The position numbers were made by a program, and so were the translations under genes. The notes under the pieces were generated by a model. The model saw only the letters and a list, made by a program, of their open reading frames with translations. It made no database searches and had not been told where the DNA came from. A DNA stretch of 60,764 nucleotides, counting the filler, from Globobulimina sp. (Eukaryota), in assembly GCA_003354225.1 (NCBI GenBank). It is 14 parts of 14 records of this genome, joined end to end, with 100 filler letters (N's around TTAATTAATTAA, not from the genome) between each part and the next. Parts side by side here need not be neighbours in the genome. Positions count along the whole stretch, not along the records: positions 34,802 to 39,047 come from PIVH01001422.1; positions 39,148 to 43,392 come from PIVH01001423.1; positions 43,493 to 47,737 come from PIVH01001424.1; 11 more parts are not named here. The stretch is one strand, 5' to 3'. Position 1 is the first letter of the stretch. The number at the start of each line of letters is the position of its first letter. This document shows, piece by piece, positions 34,847 through 46,390 of this stretch.

Positions 34847-35395
34847 ATGAAACGGTAGCTGTTGTGGGCAGTGTTGTTGCTTGCGCCAATGACGTTGTAT
34901 ATGATCGGGCTATCCTTTGGTCGCCCCGATCCAGAATTTGCGCCGTCCATTGCACAACGCACCTGGTCACATCCTGGCACTGTTTATCACCCGGACGAGT
35001 TCGCCTATGTAGGCATACCCTACCGTATGCTACTGGCCCGTGAATGGAACCCCCACTACTACCACAATCCGTCGCTGAATCTGTACACCAATCTGGGATT
35101 GTTCTGGCTTGGTGGCGCGGAAGACTACCCGCACGATTTGGCGTATGGGGACCGGGAGATTGCACTGTTTCAATGGTATGTTCTGGCGTGGGGTCTCTCT
35201 GCGTTGTTTACGCTGTTGACCGTCGCGCTGACCTATGCTGCAGGACGTGTCGCATTCAGCAAATCCGCCGGATTTATCGCGGCAGGGTTGACCGCGCTGT
35301 CGCCGTTGATCACGGAACACACCCACTTCGCGACACCGAACGCCCAGACTACGATGCTGGCGACGGCTGCACTGTTGGCAGCGTTAATCATCCTC
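34847..35395 (+). pseudogene. Bacterial-type PMT/ArnT (GT-C) glycosyltransferase N-terminal fragment with in-frame amber
   Basis: GC-rich (35/60 in one sampled line). TATAAT at 34803, AAGG before the ATG. Reads ATG AAA CGG TAG CTG TTG. Motifs HPDE, NPHYYHNPSL and (R)GLSALF.LLTV.LTY..GR. Confidence 0.75.
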
Positions 35396-35640
35396 AAAAT
35401 TGCATTCATTGGCTCTAAATATTTTCGGTAATTGGTCCACGAACCACCAACAATCTGATTACAGTTATTCTTAGTATTGTCTGTCCACCAAAAAACAGCG
35501 ATTCTCTTTCCTCTGGAAAGGCAGACAAAAACCAACAATCAAACTTAAAAACGTTATATGAATTCGAATCTTTATATTGCTTTAAGGAGAACACCAAACC
35601 GGTTCCTTGCCCAGAAAATCGACCCGCTGCCAAAGCACGC
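35385..35640 (-). pseudogene. ADP-ribosyltransferase-like fragment, frameshifted
   Basis: A.RF...G.GLVFSL...FDCWFLSAFPEERESLFFGG (ExE loop), continuing in another frame as WTNYRKYLEPMNAILRMIN. Confidence 0.5.
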
Positions 35641-35840
35641 TGTTCAATTAACACGCTGTTCAAAATATTTTAACGCTGTAGGTGCATAATGCATATATGA
35701 TTGTATTATAAGATGAACAGCTCCAAGTCATCTGATCTCCAGTCATAGCACTTCAGAATCACTTGGAAAACGCAGTGGTGCTCTTGCATATTTAGTCTCA
35801 GTTCATTTTCCACTAAGTATCATGGCCTTCGCTAAGTAGC

Positions 35841-36842
35841 ATGACCACTTTAGGGCGTAAACATACCGTCGGTTTTGTTGGGGGTAGCAAGTCCCTTCAC
35901 AACATGCCATCAGTTATTATGGAAGAAATCTTTACATTTTTAGATATCATTGATTATCTATGTAACGTCATACTGGTTTGTAAAGAATGGACTATTAAGA
36001 ACACGGAAGATATGATAAATAAGACCAATTTAATACGGTCATTGATTTATAACACTTGCGAAGAGTCATTATATTATATTCGTGGACGGACTCCAATCAC
36101 TGATTTCCTTCATCCAGTCACTGCCTATGACCTCATCCACGAATATGAGTTAAGTGCGGCATACACCGCAATGACATATGATTCGTTGTACATAGCATCA
36201 GAAACACAATCAGCACTTGAAAAGTTAGCAAATGACAACAAGCTGAATCCGTTCACATTGCCAGTACCAACATATCCATTATACTTTGATTTAGATCGCA
36301 AAATGAGAAAAATTAAAAGTTTCAAGTATTTATTTCATTTTATTTATTTATTGGAATTTGGTAAAAAAGACCTTGCCAATTTATATATATTGTTTGTGTT
36401 AATAATAAATTTATCATTCAATGGTGGCACTTTATGCGTTGGCTGGATGTTACAAAGTTTATTGAGAAAGTATGTGGTTCTGTGTTGGGATAAGAATGCT
36501 GCGAAATGTGCGGGATATTTAGATATAGAGTTTTGGATCTCCGTTATAGATGTTTTTGAAATGTATTTTAAGAATTATACAATTTATACGGAAGGCAAGC
36601 AAATATGGGTTGGCATACAAAATTTTTACCATTTCATAGGTACATTATTGTTTATGCCTGAGGCCATGAAAAAAATTCAAGTACCAATCTGGTTGCGATT
36701 GGCAGACGAATTGGTTCAACAAAATAAATCCCATACACTTTGTGGAATCATGAGGAAACTTCATCCTTTTTTTTTAAAATTAAAAATTACCTCACTTACC
36801 CCTACCAAAAACTTAAAAACCAAAAAAAAAAAAAACTTTTGA
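35841..36842 (+). CDS. F-box-like protein, copy 1
   Basis: N-terminal LHNMPSVIMEEIFTFLDIIDYLCNVILVCKEW. Confidence 0.65.
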   Translation: MTTLGRKHTVGFVGGSKSLHNMPSVIMEEIFTFLDIIDYLCNVILVCKEWTIKNTEDMINKTNLIRSLIYNTCEESLYYIRGRTPITDFLHPVTAYDLIHEYELSAAYTAMTYDSLYIASETQSALEKLANDNKLNPFTLPVPTYPLYFDLDRKMRKIKSFKYLFHFIYLLEFGKKDLANLYILFVLIINLSFNGGTLCVGWMLQSLLRKYVVLCWDKNAAKCAGYLDIEFWISVIDVFEMYFKNYTIYTEGKQIWVGIQNFYHFIGTLLFMPEAMKKIQVPIWLRLADELVQQNKSHTLCGIMRKLHPFFLKLKITSLTPTKNLKTKKKKNF

Positions 36843-36848
36843 AAATCA

Positions 36849-38165
36849 ATGCAAAAAGTATGCTGTTGCAAACTTGCTATCAATTGCAAGACTACACTGC
36901 TATCATCACAACGATTACTACAGCAACATAGCCGTAAATCAAGCAATTTCTCCTCATTCAACGTCAATGATGCTTTAAACTTATCCTCGCAATTAAGTGA
37001 AGAGGAGTTATTAGTTCAACAAACAGCGAGAAACTATGCGCAAACCTCGTTAGCACCCCGTATCATTAAGCAATATCGAGATGAATCATACGACGCAGAT
37101 CTCATCCCAGAAATGGGCGCAATGGGTCTCTTGGGATCAACCATCGACGGCTATGGCTGCGCGGGCGTCTCGTCAGTGGCATACGGATTGACATGCTACG
37201 AAATCGAGAGCATAGACAGTGCGTATCGCTCCACGTTGAGTGTGCAGTCCTCATTGGTCATGCACCCGATCCATGCCTTTGGTTCCAGTGCGTTGAAAGA
37301 AAAGTATTTGCCCAGATTATGCAGTGGAGAGTATGTTGGTTGCTTTGGATTAACCGAAACAGAGGCGGGCAGCGATCCGGCGTCCATGAAAACGACCTGT
37401 ACAAAAATAGCGCATTCTGACGGTATGTATGAAATCAATGGCAGCAAAACGTGGATCTCGCACAGTCCCATAGCGGATGTGTTTATTATTTGGTGCAAAG
37501 ATGTGAGCGATGAGGGTGCGATTAAGGGCTTTGTGTTAGATAAAGAGGAGCATGGCAGGAATGGAGGGATAATATGTCCGAAAATCGAGGGCAAATTGTC
37601 ATTGCGGGCATCCATAACAGGGATGATAATGTTGGACAATGTTCGCGTTCACGAGTCGCAAATGTTGAATGTGAGGGGATTAAAGGGCCCGTTTTCATGT
37701 TTAAATAATGCGCGGTTTGGCATTGCATGGGGAGCGTTGGGCGCTGCTCAAGATTGTTTGGTGAAGTCTGTGGATTATACGTTGAATCGGAAGATGTTTG
37801 GATATCCATTGGCGTCCTACCAATTGGTACAGCATAAATTGGCGGATATTTTATCGGAAATCAGCATTGGATTACAAGCGTGTTTGCGAGTGGGAAGGTT
37901 AAAAGATGCGGATTTGTTGAATCCGACGCAAGTATCCATCGTGAAAAGGAATTCTTGTATGAAGGCTATTAATGCGGCCCGGCAATGTCGGGATATTTTG
38001 GGTGGGAATGGCATAATCGATGAATATGACATAATGAGACATCTGTGCAATTTAGAAAGTGTTATTACGTACGAAGGAGCGCATGATATTCATTCCCTTA
38101 TTATCGGGAGAGCTATCACTGGCATACAGGCATTTGATCATGACTCGTCGCATAATGTCCAATGA
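36849..38165 (+). CDS. GCDH: Mitochondrial glutaryl-CoA dehydrogenase
   Basis: Transit-peptide-like N-terminus; YGCAGVSSVAYGL, SVQSSLVMHPI, GCFGLTE..AGSDP, GPFSCLNNAR, NLESVITYEGAHDIHSLIIGRAITGIQAF. Confidence 0.95.
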   Translation: MQKVCCCKLAINCKTTLLSSQRLLQQHSRKSSNFSSFNVNDALNLSSQLSEEELLVQQTARNYAQTSLAPRIIKQYRDESYDADLIPEMGAMGLLGSTIDGYGCAGVSSVAYGLTCYEIESIDSAYRSTLSVQSSLVMHPIHAFGSSALKEKYLPRLCSGEYVGCFGLTETEAGSDPASMKTTCTKIAHSDGMYEINGSKTWISHSPIADVFIIWCKDVSDEGAIKGFVLDKEEHGRNGGIICPKIEGKLSLRASITGMIMLDNVRVHESQMLNVRGLKGPFSCLNNARFGIAWGALGAAQDCLVKSVDYTLNRKMFGYPLASYQLVQHKLADILSEISIGLQACLRVGRLKDADLLNPTQVSIVKRNSCMKAINAARQCRDILGGNGIIDEYDIMRHLCNLESVITYEGAHDIHSLIIGRAITGIQAFDHDSSHNVQ

Positions 38166-38703
38166 TTTCTAAGCAGATTGTTATTTAATTTACGAACTTG
38201 GGTTTCGTTTCTTTATACCGCGCGCTTGAAAAAGTTTAGATTATTTGGTTCCAGCTGGTTCTAAGATTGAAGTCACAATCGACAATGTAAACAACGTTCA
38301 GTTTATTAAATGTACGCATTGATGGCTCTTACAGTGATGATATTATATATATTGGATTTTCAGATAAGTCGCCAGAAGCAAAGTTTTATGAAAAGGAATT
38401 GATTAAAAGTGAAAGTGGCGGAGATTTGAGTTTGTTGGCGAGTTTGAGAAAATACATGAAACCAAAAAAGAAAGAAAGAAATGAAAATATTTTAACGTTG
38501 TAGGTGCATAATGCATATATGATTGTATTATAAGATGAACAGCTCCAAGTCATCTACAATGAGTCCAGTCATATTTAAGGATAAGCTAGTCAGCACTTCA
38601 GAATCACTTGGAAAACGCAGTGGTGCTGCTCTTGCATATTTAGTCTCGTTCCCAAAACTTTAATCTCATTTTCCACTAAGTACCATGGCCTTCGCTAAGT
38701 AGC

Positions 38704-39047
38704 ATGACCACTTTAGGGCGTAAACATACCGTCTGTTTTGTGGGGGGTGGCAAGTCCCTTCACAACATACCATCAGTCATAATGGAAGAAATCTTTACAT
38801 TTTTAGATATCATTGATTATTTATGTAACGTCATACTGGTTTGTAAAGAATGGACTATTAAGAACACGGAAGATATGATAAATAAGACCAATTTAATACG
38901 GTCATTGATTTATAACACTTGCAAAGAGTCATTATATTATATTCGTGGACGGACTCCAATCACTGATTTCCTTCATCCAGTCACTGCATATGACCTCATC
39001 CACGAATATGAATTAAGTGCGGCATACACCGCAATGACATATGATTC
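38704..39047 (+). CDS. F-box-like protein, copy 2 (cut by contig end)
   Basis: Differs from copy 1 at 4 amino acids over the shared part. Confidence 0.65.
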
Positions 39048-39319
39048 NNNNNNNNNNNNNNNNNNNNNNNNNNNNNNNNNNNNNNNNNNNNTTAATTAAT
39101 TAANNNNNNNNNNNNNNNNNNNNNNNNNNNNNNNNNNNNNNNNNNNNTACGGGTTTCAGGTAAAAGATCTAGATCTGCCATGTTTAGCGAAATTAAAAGA
39201 TTTATTTAAACTGCATCTTTTAAACTAAGCTAAGTCCAACCAGCTATATCCAACCAGCTATATCGCTTTTAAACTGTCCAACTGAAGTGAACCGAACCGA
39301 ACAGACCAATACTTTTAAA

Positions 39320-40598
39320 ATGAGTCAGTTACACTCGACAAAGGTAAAGGATGCTAAGAGAAGAATAAGAGAACGTATTGGATCACGTGCTGCTAAAAGA
39401 ATAGAGAAATTTATCAATTTAGCGAACAAAACCATTACAGAAAATATCATAATTGATAATCCCGATATGGTTTTATTTAAAATGAGTGATGCTACAAAGA
39501 AGAAGATAACCTCAAACCTGATGCAATGCGTTGCGTATTGGAATGGCGGAACACAAAAACATTTTGCAATTGGCCCAAATGCGTCGACGTCAAAAACAAG
39601 ATATCGAAAAACTAATTATAATCCAGAAACATTCAAAAAACTGCGAGCATTTTGGAATCATAAAAAAGCAGTAAAACTTGGTGATCATTTATTTTCTGTC
39701 ATGTTATCACTTTTGTTTCAAGTTTAGTTAAAGTATATTTTTATTATTAAAACATATTAATATTAAATATATATTAAAGCATTTAGTATCAATTCCGTTG
39801 CCAAATATGATATTATTATATATCGATATATTTGGTAAATTATTACAGGAAACAATACAATATTGTCGCACAAAAGCATTGCCATTGATTTGCTGCGCAT
39901 GTTTTGTGAAACCGAATAAATTTCAAGATTTATGTATGACTTTTCTTGACTATTTTGGTGTCAATATCGAATATTGTGCTCCTGTAACGACAAAAACTGA
40001 AAAAGTAAATGGGAAATAAATCACGAAATATATTCGCGACAGTGGGAGAGCAAAAAAACAGCATGGATTGTATTTACAGTGTTTACTAAAATTAAGAAAA
40101 CAATTACAAGATCAAGCCGTATATATATGCATTCCATCCATGGCCAATTGCAATAATAATCATTTGATGCAAGCCAATCAGAAAATTAATATGTTTCAAA
40201 ATTGGATTGTTGACAATAAAACAAGTTATAATAACCAATTTATTTTGAAATCTCAAGAAATCGATCAAATTCAAATTTGCAACAACCAAGTTATGGAACA
40301 AGAATATGCACCGCAACTCGAGCAAAAAATGTCAAGTTGAGCTGCTTTCTTTTATTTTTTGAAAAGTGTGCTTTTTTTGATAAATATTATATATTTAGCT
40401 ACAAACAGTTGTTTGCAAAGTAGTTGTATTATATATATAAATTGCTGTTGTTCCTGTTGTTGTTGTCAATGTTGTGATAATTATAACAATCCATTTGCTG
40501 ATATGAATTTAAATTATTATGATGGTAATGTATATTATGATGTTGATGAATTTTGTTGTGATCAATCACAGCAATGTCATCAAGAAACTTATATTTGA
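39320..40598 (+). pseudogene. Multi-exon hypothetical gene with an internal TAA
   Basis: ORFs 39798 and 40068 share a frame and are separated only by TAA at 40017-40019. Intron-like gaps at about 39722-39779 and 40336-40398. Confidence 0.4.
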
Positions 40599-40891
40599 CT
40601 TCGTTTTTTTATATTTATCATTCATACGACACTCAATCCGCATATATTCCGTACGAATTTAGAAAAATATATTTTCTCTATATATAGCTTTGTGTGGTAT
40701 ATGCTGTGTTATCACTGTGTGTGTTATGTTGTGCTGTGTTTATGATATTTATGCGTGTTATAGTTAAATATCTTGCTTTATCATCAATCGACCGTATAAA
40801 ACTAATATATTGGTTTACTTATCTTGGTATAACATATCTCAACAAAACAGAGTTGCCATTTTTTGCATGGTAGCTAAGTTTTTTTTTCCAA

Positions 40892-43350
40892 ATGTATCTA
40901 TTATTTCTTTTAGTCATCTACTCCAAAACAACAAACGCTGCATATGAAGAAAGTACGTATTATGCTTCACCGAACATGTTAACATGGAGATCAGCCAACA
41001 ATTATTGCAGTCATATTTGTGGGAGTTCTTTAGCATCAATACATAACATACAAAATGTCTTTTCAATTGAAGATGCAGTTTACAATGAACCGTTAATAGA
41101 TACTTTCGCCAACAACCACATATGGATCGGATTATATTATTCTACGAGAGATACTGCATGGAAATGGATCGATAATACAGAGTTTAATTATGGCAATCTG
41201 TGGCTTTCCAATATTTCCGTATCTTCCAATGTTACACCAATTGGCCGTTCGTGTGTTACGATGAATGCGAATGTTGATTTTCAATGGGAAATACAAACCG
41301 GAGATGACTGTGATGAATCTACACATTTCATTTGTAACCATTGTGATGGTAAATTAGTTAAATACTTATTCATTCACAATAAGACAGCTAATTTTTATGA
41401 AGCAGATAATATTTGTATGCAGAAAGAAATGGGAACACATTTACAGAGTATACACAATGAAGACAGTTATAGTGAATCCAAATTATTATGTTTGTATGGC
41501 ACAAGCGGCGGAAATGATTGTTGGATGGGCTTACTTCCGAAGAATAAAGTTTGGAGAGATGGGACCAGTTTGAATTATGCAGATGATTTGAATCAATATC
41601 CATGGATAACAAATACAAATATTACTTATGCATCAATGGGACGTAGCTGTGCCTCAATGAGCAAAAATGATGGCAAATTAATGGATGTGACGAAAACAAG
41701 AATATTTTATGTAATTTTCCGAATGAATTATGTTATGCCGAAAATTGGCGGAGTGTGTATGATGAAACAAATACAAACGAAGTATGTGAATTTAATGAAT
41801 GTGAAGTGATTTGCGAGTCAGAATATACTGAAACAACAATTGTAAATCGTGAGAAAGAATGGATAAATAATAATGGTGAGTTAGTGATTGAATATATGTT
41901 TAAAATGAATCAAATAAATATTCAAAGTGGAAGGGTTGGAATTTGTATTTACAATTTTGTTGGGTCAGATTGTAATTATTATTTTATTGGAATTGTTGAA
42001 GAATGGAACAGACAGAAATTAGTTATAAGGAGATATTATGAACATATATTACATGAAATATATTCAGTTTATATTAATCAGACAGTGACAGATTTTTTAT
42101 TATTAAATATTAAGATTTCAAATGGAACATATTTTGATATTAAAGTAGGTGATAATGTATTTTTTATTGATAAACCAACATTAATGCCAAGGAGTGATAT
42201 TTCAGGATTTATTGCATTACAAATGTATAATTTACAGGTTCATTCCAAGTATTTGTATATTTCAGGGTCACAAGTATTTGTTCAATCAAATAATACACAC
42301 TGTCCATCTCCATCAGTAACAACAACATATATTCCAACATATGAACCAATTGCAACACATCAATCTGATAAAATATGCATTAATATTACTGTTCAATATG
42401 CAAATGATTATAGAAATGATACAAATAACATAACAAACGATATTTTAGCTATTATTGATCATATACGTTGCATGGAAACGAATTTTAGTGATGGCCATGC
42501 TGTTAACGTTGCTTTAATAGACGATTTAATACAAATTAATACGGAGATATTTGTTTGTTTAAATAACGTTGATCAGAATCAGATATTAACACAATACATA
42601 CAAAATATTGATGGCATTTTAGTGGCTGAAATATATTTTGCTTGTAACTCAACGGATGATTCTAATCATTCTAATGATATCGATTCAATTCAAAGCACGA
42701 ATTTAGAGCCAATTATGCCAATAAAAAATAGTGACGATAAATCCTCACTTTTTTCAAACTTAGAGTTTGGAGCAATTGTTGGTGTGATTATGCTTTGTAT
42801 TTGTAGCATTATGGGATATATTCTACATTTATCACAGAAAGAAAATCAAGTCAAAGTTGAGAGAAATGACTGGCTTCAAAGAAAAAATAATTGTAAGGAG
42901 GACTCAAAAGAAATAAATGGTTCTAATGATATCGATACTGATTCTGACGTGGAAAATGGATGGGAGATTTTTAAGCAAATGCAGCAAAATCAAGAACTTG
43001 ACAATGACTTAAAACAAAAACGTAACAAATATGGATATATTAACTATACGCAACGTGTTAATGGCAGTGATATGTTGGCAATGCATAATTTAGCAAACAT
43101 ACCAGATGATTTTGAAGAAAATCCAGAACTAAAAAAACCAGAAGACTATGAACCTGGATCTGAATCTGAAGAAACCTTAAATTCAATTTCAATTTCAAAT
43201 ACTAACAAAATACTGCTTCAGATAATTGACAGTAACGATGTTTCAGATTCTAGCGAGGCGTCGCCCATTAGATTTGTATTCAATGATATCGAGGGAAGCC
43301 ACTCAAGAGATTCCATTCAAGAGCAAGAGAATGAGTTTCAAGGATATTAA
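40892..43350 (+). CDS. Type I membrane protein with two C-type lectin domains, frameshifted near 41680
   Basis: Signal peptide; CTLD motifs (TW.SA..YC..LASIH, IWIGL, W.W.D.T; CWMGL, WRDGT). CTLD2 finishes in the other frame (NGCDENKNILCN). Single TM FGAIVGVIMLCICSIMGYIL. Confidence 0.75.
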
Positions 43351-44538
43351 TCATATTGTTTTGATTTGAAATCAATTAAAAGATCGATGTTTNNNNNNNN
43401 NNNNNNNNNNNNNNNNNNNNNNNNNNNNNNNNNNNNTTAATTAATTAANNNNNNNNNNNNNNNNNNNNNNNNNNNNNNNNNNNNNNNNNNNNGGATGTGT
43501 GGCAGTACGTGTACGTTGCGAAGAAATGAGATCATGGACAAACGTTTTATTTAAAATTTAATTAAGATATTATTTACAATCACGACAGAAAAACCAACAC
43601 GAAGGACAAGGACGTCTAGCAGGTAACCCACTATTCTGGTCCGATCGAAGAAAAAAAAACAAACAACAATATACTAAAGTAAAACAGAGCTTGGATATCT
43701 TTTATCTGTTATCCGCTGTGTTTTATATAAAAACATATAGAAAAGATAAAATAATAGACAAGAATGTATTAATTAAAATATAGTAATTGATGTTTATATA
43801 ATTTTAGTTTTTTATTGTGATGTGATATGAAAAAAACAGGGGAAGGAACGGAATAAAAACAAAAAATACAAAAATAAATATACGTAATTCATTATTTAAA
43901 ATGTGAAATATCTATATATATATAAAGGTATTTTTGGAGAAATATTCATATAAGACACCAAATGCAGTGGGTTTATGTTATTTAGGCAAACAATATATGG
44001 TGAATCCAGCTCTAAAAAAAAATTCATCCGAGTAGATTTTCAGGGTGATATCTGCATTTTTCCCTTTAAAAACTGCATTTTCCCCTTTAAAAACAATTTT
44101 TTGAATATAAATCTCGCAATATCGACTGAATGCATACAAATATGAAATTTCCACAACCTTTTCCTACGTTCCTCTCACATTTTACGACTATGCTATATGA
44201 CAATTTTTTTCGAAATGGTACATTTACTGGTGATTATGAGCCATTTAGTGCGGAAAATGTGTTTTTTCAAGTAAAATTATGGAAATCCGTTAAAAATGGT
44301 AAAAAAGTAAATAAACAACTTGGCCTAAGTCAGTCTCAGTCAGTCTAAAAGTGCTACAACTGCCCACCAACGACTGCCACACCAACAGCAAAGGGTACAT
44401 CATAAGTGTCAATGGTTATTTATTATATGGTACGCAGCAGCCATACATACCAATATATTTATTTATTGTACGGCGCAGCCGAAGGTACCGCTGCTTTTTA
44501 TTATGGTACGTAAGCAGTGACGTAGCGCCGTGCAGCTT

Positions 44539-44602
44539 GTGATGATAGCTCAATGAGAGCGTCTTATTGAAGAATATTTGGGTTCAAATCCCAATCATCA
44601 CA
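44539..44602 (+). ncRNA. 64-nt tRNA-like Pol III element with shortened anticodon arm
   Basis: Perfect acceptor stem GTGATGA/TCATCAC; D arm GCTC/GAGC; T arm TTGGG-TTCAAAT-CCCAA; T6 run at 44603-44608. Confidence 0.65.
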
Positions 44603-44788
44603 TTTTTTCAAAACAAATCTGAAAATCACCAATATAATGTGGCAATTTTTTTATTATTTTCAATAATGTGTATCACACAATAATGTGTATCACGCATTTA
44701 ATTCATTCAAAAATATTTTCTTTTCGTTCAGTTCCCTCCATCAACTACAAAACATCTGAAAAACCTTTTTTTGTTTGAAGATCTGGCA

Positions 44789-46047
44789 ATGAGCAGTGAT
44801 TTGTCAGGTAACTTAGCAAGGCGGGTATCTGATTTGCATGAGATTGCAGAGAAAGAGAGACATAGAGGAATCAAGTTGTTATTGAAAATATTCAAAAATA
44901 TAATTCTTTTCCCAGCAGATCCAAAATATCGATCTGTGAAATCTGGTGCAATTTATAAAAAATTAGCAAAATGCCGTCCATGTATTTATTTATTATATAA
45001 CGCTGGATTTAAAGAATCAGTGTGCGGGAAACGATTGCAATGGATACACAATGCTGATAATTACACATTGTTGAAGCGAGTGAATGACAGTCTTTGCCAA
45101 ATATTGAACGAATCAAATGTTCAAACCACACAAATTGCTGCAGCTGATTTGAACAACGATATAATAATTAAGCAATTAATTCAATTTGGATATAATAAGA
45201 AAGAAATTGAATTAGCAGTGCAAACAGTAAATAATCCAAATGATATTAATTCGATTGTTGATAAAATTGAACAGAATCAACAAATACATTTTACAGCGGA
45301 GAAGAAGAAGAATATAAATCAAGAACAGGAAGATGAAGAGAAAGAGATTAATTATAATCAACAATTTAATTTTAAAATAAACGACAAAGATAAACATTTG
45401 ATAGCAACATTTTCAATCCATATTTTAACTTATGATGAGGCCAGTGTTTTTATTTGGACTTTTTGGATGAGTCCATTTAATGAGTCCACATGAGTCCACT
45501 CAAAATAAGAATGAGTCCAAACGAGTCCAAACGAGTCCAATGAGTCCAATCGAAGCTTACTGTTTTTTCAACATTTTCAGTCATTTTTCAAATATAGTTA
45601 ATCGACACCGTAAAATATAGAAAATATAGCCAGTAAACCAAATAAAGACACCATTGAAAAATATAAAATTTAATGACCATCAGGGATTGGTCAATATAGT
45701 AATCAGAAGATACTAATTGATATTATTTTATTTATTTAATAATAATTTTAGTGGTTTGCAAACGGATGTCGTGCTTTTGAGTCCAAAGTGGTTGAGTCCA
45801 AGAAAATGAGTCCAAAAATCCCATGATTCCACAAAAATGAGTCCAAATGGCATGAGTCCACAAAAATGAGTCCAGACGAGTCCACACCAAATCAAAATTA
45901 AAAATTGGGCATAACATTGATCACAGATTGAGTACAAATGATCGCTACTTTGCTGCCACAATTATTGATAAATCTAGTTCACGATTAAAAATACATTATG
46001 ATGGAGCGCCATCTAAATATGATGAATGGAGTGATTTCATTTTTTAA
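44789..46047 (+). pseudogene. PUB + UBA + Tudor-knot protein interrupted by an insertion
   Basis: PUB (LLKIFKNIILFP.DPKYRSV..LYNAGF), UBA (QLIQFGY.K.EI..A). After the insertion: SKLKIGHNIDHR...LKIHYDG.PSKYDEWSD. Confidence 0.7.
45444..45887. mobile_element. 444-bp non-autonomous insertion with 14 GAGTCCA motifs
   Basis: Termini GTGT...ACAC flanked by CA/CA. Removing it plus one CA restores the frame (YDEAKSKLKIG). Two clusters of 7 same-orientation motifs. Confidence 0.65.
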
Positions 46048-46390
46048 AAAAATAACAAGACTAAATAAAATTTAATAAGTTTTATTGTTTTGTTTGGGTT
46101 TTAATTTTTATCCTCATGTAGTTTTAAGGTGCTTTTTTTCTAATTGTTGTTTTCTCAATTTTGATTGAAATGTTCTTGATGGCCTTATTCCTTATTCTTT
46201 ATCCAAAAAACACCACAACTGATGCTAGGTTGCTTCAGTCAATCCGTACTAGCCGATGCCTCTCGCATTTCAAAGCAACAACAAATAGTGTGATCCAGAG
46301 AACAATTGTGATTGAAATGATATGATATGAATATGGAATTATTATGAGTTAGTGTTTACGTTTACAATTAATTGATCTTAGTCCGCCGCG

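Larger units (their letters stand above)
35662..39047 (+). repeat. Direct repeat pair, 35662-36184 and 38484-39047
   Basis: Near-identical leader plus F-box ORF start, with small indels in the leader. Copy 2 runs off the contig. Confidence 0.92.

Noticed and set aside
34856-34858. Pyrrolysine or programmed amber readthrough
   Set aside because: No pyl machinery is visible. A TGG>TAG mutation is simpler and is accompanied by another apparently damaging substitution.
40017-40019. TAA or TAG reassignment (ciliate-like code)
   Set aside because: Long AT-rich genes are open in the standard code, and TAA terminates conserved genes at expected positions (ELO, PPR, sulfatase). Isolated internal stops fit pseudogenes or errors.
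45466-45887. CRISPR array
   Set aside because: The repeats are 7 bp with very short irregular spacers, there are no cas genes, and the context is eukaryotic.
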